Source: Spirogloea muscicola
Lineage: Eukaryota
Length of the DNA: 34,765 nt
NCBI GenBank assembly: GCA_009602725.1
Contig: WELB01000021.1
Coordinates: 506,657-541,421 of the forward strand
Reading direction: 5' to 3'
The translations under genes were made by a program, and so were the position numbers. Each line of letters opens with the position of its first letter. The stretch's first letter is position 1. Below the pieces are notes generated by a model. That model searched no databases. It was given only the letters and a program-made list of their open reading frames with translations, and had not been told where the DNA came from. Positions 25,288 through 34,765 of this stretch are shown piece after piece.

Positions 25288-25895
25288 TCAGTAACCTCTA
25301 GTCAGTAGATGCAAATCTGAATAGCTAGCAGGCGGAAAGACGTCGCCCTGACGGAAGCCGGAGGCCGCCGCCAAAGCGCGGCCTGCGCGCAAGTGGACCG
25401 CAAAAGCTAGGGACCGCTGCAAAGAAGAAGTGCGCGCCCATAGAGAAGAGGGGCTGGCAAAGCCAGCCCTGAAAAGAATGGACAATGTCCAAAGCCAAAG
25501 AAAGAGGAGCCGGGAAAAGGACTACACTACAAAACACTGCAGAACACAGAGACGATGCAGAGGGTGAGCTCAGTACCCACGAGTGAGCAACATCAGGTCT
25601 GAGTAGCTCGCTGCAGGGAAAGAGGCACTCCGCCGAGACCCAGAGGCGGCGGCGGCTGCAAAGAGACGGCCAGGCGCATCCGGAAGAATTGGGCGAGGGA
25701 CCCGGCGACATGGAAGCCAGGCTGCTCGCCCGGCTGCCCGTGGCGGCGGGCCGCTGCTCGCCGCGCAAGGCGGTGTAGCAGGTCAAGCCATTTGGCGCCA
25801 AAGGCGCCGTGTACGTCGACGGCGAGTGGGACAAACTCGTCGCCCACCGGGTGATCCGAGTACTTGAGATCCTTAAGGGAGGAAGGGGCTGACAA
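25288..25895 (-). pseudogene. C-terminal restriction-like endonuclease (RLE) region of a CRE-clade non-LTR element, split by a nested insertion
   Basis: KDLKYSDHPVGDEFVPLAVDVHGAFGAKWLDLLHRLARRAA...AQFFRMRLAVSLQ (25895-25656) continues as RSLAFAVHLRAGRALAAASGF...SDLHLLTRGY* (25416-25288). KxxKY, FxPxAxD/ExxGxxG and RLS/AVxLQR are the C-terminal pattern of RLE-type (CRE/NeSL/R2 group) elements. Confidence 0.78.
25416..25664 (-). repeat. 10-bp target-site duplication (gctgcaaaga) flanking a 229-bp nested element 3' end
   Basis: gctgcaaaga occurs at 25416-25425 and 25655-25664. The interior, on the minus strand, encodes AAASGSRRSASFPAASYSDLMLLTRGY* plus the 3' UTR motif. Confidence 0.8.
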
Positions 25896-28800
25896 GGCCA
25901 GCGCCGTGGCGGCGCGCTCTAGGCCGGCCTACCCGGGGCCCAGCCTGGCGGGCCTGTCCTGCCGCGGCTCCCCGGCTCCCCGGTACTCGGGGAGTGGCCA
26001 ACTTGCACGACTGGGGCGGCTACGGGGTACCTAGCCTCTTTTTCCTGCTAATTCAGTCATGAACACCGTCTGTATGCACCTGGCTGGCTTTTGCAGCGGC
26101 TCTTGTAATATCAGCAGCCGCGTGTTACTATCTCCTGTTGGCTGCACGACTTGCCGTTGCACCTTCTTTAGCTAGCGCAAGCCCCCCAGAATTCGGCAGG
26201 CGTCACGCCATAGGACGTCGATCGCCATACCACGTCGATATGTCAGATTGCAGACAAAGGAGTGACGTATCAGGGCCTAAGTCGCAGGCACAACCAACAA
26301 GCCCAGTCCGGGAATAGAGTAGCGCAGTGAAAGCAAAATCAATAAGAAGTGATGTGGTGCAACATTGAGAAATTGCTGACTCTGGTTACTAAGCTCCATA
26401 TCGCTGTAGTCTCTTGCATGCCTGAGTGGTTTTGGCGCCTTCGTCCTTTTGGCCCTTGTTCGTTCTCTTCTGGGCTGGCTTTTCACAACCCCCGCCCCCT
26501 TTGGAAGAGCTCTTTTCTTCTCAGCCACCAGTCAATGTGGGCGCGCTTTCGTCCTTTTCGTCCTTTCCATTTCCACAGCCCCTGCCCCCTTCGGAAGTAC
26601 TTTGTACTTGGCCATTTTGGCCTTCGATTGTTTCAAATACACGAAAGTTTTTTCGAAAGGTGCTCACCATGTAAGAAAAGCTGAAAGCGCTCAATTTTAG
26701 AAAGGAGCCGAGGCACGGCCACGAGCGCCGCTGGGCCTAAGTGCGGCACGCGGCGGCGGCGCGGCAGTGGCGGTGCGGNGCGCGGGGCCCACTGTCAGCG
26801 AGCGCCCGCCCGGCCCGCCCGGCCTTGCGCAGCTGTCGGAGCACCGCGCTCCGCCGCCCCCGCATTCACATTCCTTTTCTTTCAAAAGGCCAATTTGTAA
26901 GGCTAGTATTGGATCTCTCTCAAATTAATGCGCACCGCGCGCCTTCTCTCCTTTCTGAGCCGGTTTCTTTCCTTCTTGGGCTCACAGCCATCACCCTTCT
27001 TCGGACCTTCTCCTGTCTTCTGGGGCTGGATGTTCACAGCCCTCGCCCCACTTTCACAGAGGGAGAGCCACTCTTCTTTCTTTTGGGCTGGCCTCTCCTA
27101 GCCACCAATTAATCTGGCCGCGCTTGCTCCTTTCACAGCCCTCGCCACTTTTAAAGATCTACTCATGTTCATTCTTTATTGGGCTGGCCAAACATAGCCA
27201 TCGCCCTCTATTGGAAGAATCGATCTTCCAGTAGTCTTCTCGCGCAGCACTGTGACCCGCCGTGACCACGGGGTACAGGCGGATTTCAACGCAGCAGGCT
27301 CTCTCGCTCAGGTGTATCGAATGCGCCTGTCAATCTCGCTGCAGCGGTCAATGGCACGCGCGTTGCATCTGCGTGCCGATCGCACGCTGGCTGCAGCCTC
27401 TGGCTCTGGCCAGGGGACTCGCTACCCGGAGACTAGTTTCTCCAACCTGCGGCTGCTCAACAGAGGTTTCTGAGTGCTTCGTGGCTACTTGGTTCACACT
27501 GTGCTTCAGAGCTTTCTCAGGCCCCTTCGAACTTTGTTCATTCTTCTTTCTGGGCTGGCCTCTCACAGCCACGCCCTCTACTGGAAGCGTCTTATCTTCT
27601 GTACCCTTTACCCCCTCAGCCAGCTTATTGCCCCGTTAGCAGGACTACACAAGCTCGTATTGGCCTCCCTTTCTTTTCATGCGCAATGGCGCGCCCTTCT
27701 CATTTACCCGAGTTGAACTTACTCTCTTAGCCTTCGCCTTACGTTGGAAGAGCTATTTCTTTTTTTCGCCAGGGCTGCCGAACGCCTGCCTCAGTGCTGG
27801 CTACTGCCATGCAGCTGGCTGTGGATCACTCTTTGCAGCCGTCGCCCCATTTTCAATTATTCATGTTGCCGTGACCTCTCACAGCCAATGTGCTTCAACG
27901 GAAATGCTGTTTCTTCCTCTGTTCTTCCTTCTTCGAAAGACAGTGTAATGGCTTGCTTGACCTCCTATCTAATTTATGTGGACCGCACGCCTTCTCTCTT
28001 TTCTTTGGCTGACCTCTCACAGCCATTGCCTTTCATTGAAGAGCTGTTTCTCTTTTGGGCTGGCCTCTCACAGCCAGATCCACAGCAAGATTCAGAATGT
28101 GCATGCTCATTCTTGAAGGCCTTCTATAAGAGATCTGGAGGAGACTCTCATCATGGTGGCTGACTCTCTCAGAGTGGAGACGACTGTGGGAGGTTGAAGA
28201 GGAGGAGCCCATGTCAACGATTGCAGTATTTGCGGCCGTGCTTGTGGGCCCCTGGTAACTGAGACTGCAATGTGGCTCAGAATTGATGAGAAAGCGCACA
28301 CGAGCGACTGACCAGTAACGCCCTGCTGGGGCGGCAATCCTTTCCGTATGCGGCTGTGTTTGATGAGTCTGAGACGTAATGAGAAGTGAAGAGAAGGCCA
28401 GAATGGAGAGGAGTGAGTGCTGCCGAGATGCCGGCTTTACATGGCCAGCACATAAGGAATGATACAATGTGGTTGCTCAAGGGAAGTTGGTCTTGATTGG
28501 CCAGTCCTGGAAGCGAGGCCAATATTGGAGCGGATTCTCAATTGAGGGGCCAGCTCTCACCGTGGGGGCTCGTTTCACCTAAACGGACTGTGCGACCTAG
28601 GGCAGCTGTCACACGGAAGTGGCACTAGCGTCTGGTAGAAGTTGATTACCTTGCTGTGCCAGCCTCCTTTGCTGGCACCATCCTGTGAGTATTGCAAACT
28701 TATCTGGCTGGCCGCTTACAGCTTTTGCCATTTCCGGAGGAGCCACTTGACCATGTACTCCACCCGAACAAGCACGTAACGACAGGTATACAAGGCGGCC

Positions 28801-29180
28801 AATTAGAGATGAGCATCCGCAAAACCTGAAGGCATACCGCATGGTACTCAAAGAGTGATGCACCACATAATATGGACGCAGATATAGTCGTAAGAGGAAT
28901 GTCCTAGGGCAGGAGTACTAATGTCCATCGTGAATGGCTACTAAGCATATGTGCCCCGCTCATGGTCTGCATCCTCGACGTAGTACTCCTACACACACCA
29001 CAGCAAGCACAGTCTAGTAAAAATGCAGCAAGAAAGCGCGTCTTCCAACATGGGAACTTGTGCAAGATAGAAGTGACCTCAAACGTACTGAAGTTGGCAA
29101 CCTGGTAAGAAGCAGCCAAGCACAGCCCGGGTGCAACCTTTCCGTCGGACCTTGGGTAGTTGCACTTCCTGCATTTGGAG

Positions 29181-30621
29181 CTAGCACAAGGATGTTGCTT
29201 GCATGCTCAAGGAAAGGTTTCTGAGGTAAGAGACCTTTGCGACCTCTCTGATAGAGGCAAAGAGAGATGGCAAGAAGAAGAAGAACGCGATCAGCGCGAA
29301 GGCCGTGGCAGCCTACAACATGCAGATGAGATAATGCATGTGTAAGATCAGTCTATCCTTATAGAAATTGCAACAGCAAACTTCACAACCTATGATGCAC
29401 ATCTAACCCTGTAAATGCTGGCGCATGTAGAAGCCTCATATGTTGTAGATCTCTTAGTTCGATCAAGGCTTTGTGAATGGCAATGAGCCCAAGCTTGTGT
29501 AGAAATGGCAGTGCATGACAAGGTCGACAGCATGTCTTTGGTGCTTGTAATCAAGGAGCTCTGATGTTGATGACAATAAGCAGTGTCCAGCAGCAGTATG
29601 GCTAGTCGTACATATCATGCAGTGCACGCGCAAGGGTTTTTACCACTTTGGACAGAGCTCTTAGTGCTGCTAGACTCGCTTACTCTCGGCCCTTGCGTTC
29701 TCACCTTTGACCTTACGCACAGGCTATTCCACTGAGTATGTGATACGCTGCAGATGTTGGGCTTCCCAGGGAGACCACGATCATTCAGCAATGTGATTCC
29801 TGCTGCTGCTGACCCTGCTGAAAGCGCCAAGCACGTCGCCAGCTGCAAAGCAACCATCGCAGGGGGCGTTGCCATTGTCAAGAACAATTTAGGGCAGGGA
29901 AAGAAGCTCACAGTTGCTCACTCTCGTGATGTTCTGCATGGGGCCAGCCTTATGTAAGCCGTACATGCACTCATACTACTTGCGGAATGTAATTTGGAGC
30001 CAATCATGTCGAGGTGACCTGTGTACATCTCAACACTGAGAATTGCAAGCGAGCTCGGCTTTCATGACCGTCAGCAAGGCAGACCGGGTATGGTTTGCGT
30101 ACAAAGTCCCCCAGAGCAACGAGGGCTTTGAAAGCGAGGGAGTGCACGTTGATGCCAATGCAGCAGAGGCCGAGGTCAACGAGTAGCATGAGCAGCGCCC
30201 ACGCAGCAACAATCACGCTACCTATCATCAAATACTGGAAGGCCTGCATCATCACACGTAGTGATGCTGTGGTAAAACACGCAGTCTTCCTCGACAAAGG
30301 AGCTTGGTCAACCATCCTACGGCAAAGCCTCGAGTCTAATGTTGTCTTCAAGGTGTTTAGCGAGCACTTGCTAACTCGTCGTGACTGAGCTCAAGCGTGT
30401 ACAGCAACAGAGCTTGGCTTGCAACAGTTGGATTCCGATAAGTGGACCTGCCAAGCATGCCAATTCGTGCCGTGGCTTGAAGATGCCAGAATGACAGCAA
30501 ACGCCACAACAGCAGATGCAAGCTGCAGGAAGCGCAGGAGGGGGTTGGCAAATTGGATTGGCGTCCTCTCCTTTGCAATTCGCTTCCTCGAGCGATCTGC
30601 CACAAGGAGCACATTCGTCAT
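29181..30621 (-). CDS. CASP-like (DUF588/MARVEL) four-TM protein, CASPL5-like; C-terminus uncertain
   Basis: Phase-0 exons 30621-30448, 30243-30103, 29842-29705 and 29312 onward give LLRFLQLASAVVAFAVI...AFQYLMIGSVIVAAWALL...LGDFLATCLALSAGSAAAGITLL.D...C......LC.RSKAATAFALIAFFFFLPSLF. The end is either read-through to a stop at ~29181 or further spliced exons near 29168-29102 and 28988-28941. Confidence 0.82.
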
Positions 30622-31314
30622 GTCGCAGATACCTCAGCTTTGAGCATCTGAGCGAGCTTGATCAGTAGAGATGAGCGTCAAGAGCAAGTTGAGGACTGGC
30701 CTTCGACAGACAACATTGCCGGATTTCACGACTTCGAGTGCAGAGTGGCATCCAGTGCGGCGCACCTCCTTCCATTGCTACACCGCTGACAGGCCGTGTC
30801 ACCGTATCGGTAAGGCGCGAGCTCCACCCTCTTGTATCAACATGGTATATGCATGACTGGTGTCAGCTCCTTATCGAGAAGATACGCATCAGGCTGCGGT
30901 TGCATGTCCTCGAGCTGCAGGATCTATGGCAAAGCGCGGTCCCGGCGCGTGCAAGCAACGGCTCAGGTGCGGCAGCAGGAGGCAGGCAGAGCAGGCCTGG
31001 TTCCCGATGCCTACCTCTCATGCACAGTCGTCCCTGCGCCGTCGTTGAGCTCTCGCAAGGCCGGGAGAGCTCACTGGACGCGCCGCAGCCGCCGCCGCCG
31101 CCGCGCTGCGAGTTGGCGGAGCCGGCGTCGACGGTGCGCTGCGCCGGATCCGGCGGCGACGGCGGCGNNNNNNNNNNNNNNNNNNCCGGGCCAGGCTGGC
31201 GGGCCCGCGCGCATGCAGGCGGGCCATGGCGGCCAGGGCGGCGGGGCGCGGCCATGGCGGGCGCTGCCTGCAGGGCCCAGAGCTGCAGGCGGCGGAAAAA
31301 GCGTGAAGTAATCA

Positions 31315-31975
31315 ATTGACCCATCCATTCTCTTTCTGGGCTGGCCAAGCTACAGCCACCGCCGTCCACTGGATGAGTCTTTCACGTCGATGACAGCCTT
31401 GACGGCTGCCTCCGAGTGCCGCCAGGGCGACGTCTTTCCGCCCTCCAATTATAATAACTGTTGACTAGAGGTTATGAGCGCCAGAAGTCATGCAGGTAGT
31501 ATCATGCTTTCTGCACCTTTCGGCCTTTCAGACCTCGTAGATTTCTTTGGGCTGGCCTCTTACAGCCATTGCCGTGGAATGGAAGAGCCATTCCTTCTAT
31601 AACAACGAAGAAGAGGGGAGACAAGGCGCGTGGTGTGCAGAATGAAAGAGAGGCCAACTCAAGCCGATGAGCTGTTCAGGTAAAAGCTAGTGCAGAGAGT
31701 GGGATTACGAAAGGGATGCCCTATGCGAAGGGGGACGGCGATAGCAGTGCGAAAGCTGGCCCAAGGGGGATCGATGAAGAAGAACGAATAAGAAGTAGCT
31801 CCATTGAAGGCCCTGCGGACCTTGTCAATTCCTTCTGGGCTGGCTTTCCACAGCCCTCGCCCCTTTTTGGAGAGCCACTTTCTTCCTTCATTGAATTAGA
31901 GGGGGCAAGCGCAGTGGACATCCATCCCACAACGGCGAGTGAAGGGCCTGACTGGCCAAGTACAAAGGCAAAAGC
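31315..31975 (+). mobile_element. Small cluster of CRE-like 3' fragments
   Basis: A motif lies at 31320-31383. A decayed tail ALTAASECRQGDVFPPS....LTRGY at ~31395-31477 is followed by a motif at 31521-31597, and a further motif lies at 31809-31885. Confidence 0.75.
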
Positions 31976-32485
31976 GGCAAGCAAGTCTAGGCCAACTAGC
32001 TCAGGCGACGAGACTCATGCCGAGGCTGCGACCGCGGCAGGCGCTCCAACTCACGTGCTTGATCAGCAAAAGAACGCCACAGATAGGCTCGGCAAGCTTT
32101 CCTGCATCACTTTACACCTAGTTGACCCGTAAGGGCCTTGACATCATATACCTACAGCGTATCGTACACAACGTCGGCATCTTGCGCCGTTGTTGTTGGA
32201 GAGAAGACCGTTAGCAAAAGTTGGGCCAAGTCCAGATCGTATGCAACTTCTGGCTACCAAGCTGGTCCTAAGTCCACGCACTCGCTGTTGGTCTCAGCAC
32301 CGTTGCTGAGTGTGCGGACTTAGCAATAGCTCGTCAGATACTTGTAGCCTTTGCCCCGTACTATGATATTTCTCTTAAGCTGCTACTATTGACAGGTATC
32401 AGGTGGACGATTGGGTATAGGGTCAGGGTAAATGCTTGAAGCTTAAAGTATGGGAAGGCTGGATGAGCTGGCATCCCGACTCGCA

Positions 32486-34765
32486 TCACATGGCGAGCTC
32501 AACGCCTTCCAAGCTGTGCTGGCGCTCCGAGCGGCTGGTGACTGCGACAATCTCATGGTAGTACGGGCTTTCGTGCTGGTCTTTCTTGCCCTCCAGCACG
32601 GCATTGAACTCCGCAGTCAGCTTGTCCCACTTCTCCCGGCACTGCTTCCCATCCCGGTTCACGCCCACAACTGCCAGCTGCTCCGCCAGCTCGTCCCACA
32701 GATTCTGCCTCCTGTTGGACTTGACAAACCTGTTGACAAACGCACCACGCGCTTTGACAATCAGCCTCACCATGTGCTTGCTTCTGCGCAAGAGAACACA
32801 AGAGCCATGCAGTCCATTTGGAGGCAAGCATAGCCCAGAGTGCTCCAGGCGAATCAGAGCTGCAGCTCATTCGATATTACAGTCCATCGATAAGTGAGTC
32901 AAGTGTACTTAGCAAGCACTTGCTAAGTGAAAGTTGCACACAAACTGCTATAGCAGAAAATGTGCTGCAATTTGTGTAATTGAGGTTGTGTCATGCATCA
33001 CCTCTCGTCCATGTCTCCTCGCAAGCGAATCATCTGCAGGACCTCCCCTCGCCGCCAATTCTTAGAGCGCTTCTTTGGCAAGCTAGCGTACGAGATGTTG
33101 GCTTCGTCAAGCACAGTAGTATTAGCCTGGGCAGCTGGCTTTGAGCTTCCATTGGCCAGCTTCTGGAGAAGCTGAAGCATGGCGTTGTTGAACATCACCC
33201 GCTGCAATGCCCAGGCACCAGATTGATAGAGGGTCATCAGACAAATTTGTCTTCTAGCTCCAGCATAATGGTCAAGTGCACCAAGATCCTTCTATATGCT
33301 TGAGCGAGTTGAGTGAGCATGAGGGCAGGTGCCTACGACCACATGTGAATGGATTGAGAACCATCTCAGCATAAAAGTTGATTAACAGATGGGTATTTCA
33401 AGTAACCTGCGCGCGCTCTTCCGCGCGCCACTTCTCCTCCCGCTCCAAGCGGACCTGGTCCCGCTTCTCGATCGCGTCCAGCATCTCCCTCAGCATCCTC
33501 TGCTGGTGCTTCATCACCGCCTCCACCATCCCCTGTTCCAGACCAGATATGCAAGACCCTTCATTCACTCTCACTCACTTAGAGGAGACACCAGCATTAC
33601 TAACTTGGACTTGCGTGACCACTCTGCACCACTCTGCACATGAACTGCAGTATGAAGCTTCAGCCTGCCAGAAGGTGCAACAAGCACAGCCCCACCTGCA
33701 CAGCTGCAACATCAGCACCAGACAGCGACCTCGACTTCTTCTTCAGCTTCTTGATCTGCTTCTCCTCCACCTCCTCCTCCTCTTCCTCCCTGCACCGCCA
33801 GGGCCATCGTCGCCAAATGTCAGGGCATGCATGACTGTGGAACTTGTACAGAGGAGTGAGCTGTAAACGAGTTCGAAGGGTGTGCACACGCCATAAGAAA
33901 TTGGGTGGCTCAGAGGAGAAGAACAACAGTGGATGCGGTATCTGATTAAATGCACAACATGCTTGGCGGTGCTCGCTAATGTGTTGTGTGCTGCAGGACG
34001 GTGGGCGGCTCACCTGCTCGACTTGGGCAGCGGCTTGCCGCCGAGGACGTAGTGCAGGTCGTCGTAGAACGGGTTGTCGTCCTTCTCGCGGAGGCCGTCG
34101 CGGACCTCCTTGTACCCGGCCGTGAGCTTCTCCCACTTGTCGCGGCACTGCTGAGCGTCTCGGTTGACGTACTCCGCCTGCAGCTTGTCTGCCGGCAGCA
34201 CAGACAGCGAATGAGACGTGGCAATTTAGGGTTTAGGGTTGGAATTTGGCTTAGGGTGAGCGAGCGAGCAGCGCCAACAGCGACATGGAGAGAATATTTG
34301 CTGCCGTCCTGTCTCGAACCCGGGACCTGTGAGGAGCGAGAGGCACGCACCTGAGACCTCGTCCCAGAGCTCCATCTTGCGGCCCGACTTGGTGAACCGC
34401 TCCTCCATCTCGCTCCGCACCTTGATCAGCTTCAGCGTCTCCGGCCTGCGCCGCGCGCCGGTGGCCCCACCGCCGTCAGAGAGACGTCGAGCACGACGGC
34501 GGCCGCCAGCAGCGGCGGCGGGGCCTTGGCGGCGGCCGTCACCGGGTCCAGTTCTTGGAGCGCTTCTTGTGGAAGGTCTTGGCGGCGTCGAGGTCGCCGT
34601 CGGCGGCGTCCATGGAATCGCCGAGCGCGAGCGCATCCTTGTCCGCGGCCTCCGCGCCCGCCGCGATGTCCAGCGGCTGAAGGTCCAGGCAGCTCGGCCC
34701 GGCCTCGAGCTCCAGCGCCGCCGCCGCGCCGCCGTGAACGGAGCCCCCGCCGCCGCCGCCGCCGC
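32486..34765 (-). CDS. GT-2-type trihelix transcription factor (two trihelix/Myb-SANT domains plus central coiled coil), 5'-partial
   Basis: Exons >34765-34543, 34445-34351, 34188-34014, 33789-33696, 33532-33407, 33201-33002 and 32729-32486. Domain 1: KKRSKNWTRPETLKLIKVRSEM...LWDEVS...RDAQQCRDKWEKL...PFYDDL. Coil: MLDAIEKRDQVRLEREEKWRAEE. Domain 2: KKRSKNWRRGEVLQMIRLR...LWDELA...QCREKWDKL...PYYHEI. Confidence 0.92.
34225..34238 (+). repeat. Two plant-type telomeric units (TTTAGGG)2 / telo-box in a trihelix intron
   Basis: tttagggtttaggg read directly, with a further ttaggg at ~34250. Confidence 0.5.

Larger units (their letters stand above)
23820..28080. mobile_element. Large cluster of nested/tandem CRE-like non-LTR retrotransposon 3' fragments
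   Basis: Tails: LLTR(GR)GY* 23846-24022 (+); HLRAGRALAAASGF...LLTRNY* 24195-24455 (+); VLTSGY* ending 24581 (-); LLPRNY* 24960-25140 (-); 25178-25895 (-); 26373-26520 (+); ORF 27252-27473 (+; RMRLSISLQRSMARALHLRA...NLRLLNRGF*). Many motif-only modules extend to ~28080. Confidence 0.85.

Noticed and set aside
26930..28080. CRISPR-like array
   Set aside because: The context is eukaryotic, repeats are degenerate and irregularly spaced, there are no cas genes, and retroelement 3' ends explain the pattern.
28200..30700. Decayed DNA transposase
   Set aside because: No DDE/KDZ motifs were found, and the minus strand resolves into CASPL exons.
34225..34256. Interstitial telomere or telomere-targeted insertion
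   Set aside because: Only two perfect units, and no retroelement fragment is adjacent.

Overview
GC-rich, intron-dense eukaryotic nuclear DNA. The gene set points to a streptophyte green alga or early plant lineage, but the species cannot be fixed from sequence alone. Most ORF-track entries are spurious. Manual splicing gives seven recognisable genes: BUD13 (+), a MAM33-family protein (-), an RH33/RH48-like DEAD-box helicase (-), BLISTER (+), an XBAT33-like ankyrin-RING E3 ligase (-), a CASP-like protein (-) and a GT-2-type double-trihelix transcription factor (-). There is also one probable orphan gene (-). The most unusual content is four intergenic clusters (9.4-9.6, 18.4-20.4, 23.8-28.1 and 31.3-32.0 kb) made almost entirely of 5'-truncated 3' ends of several related CRE/Zepp-like non-LTR retrotransposon subfamilies of the restriction-like endonuclease (RLE) type. 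They are nested in each other, one insertion has a 10-bp TSD, and two host copies are interrupted at the same LQ|RS codon boundary. Nearly all carry a conserved 3' motif (GGGCTGGC-N5-7-CAGCC) that may fold into a co-varying pseudoknot. Three GC-AG introns are also inferred. Assembly gaps and homopolymer runs hide several gene 5' ends.
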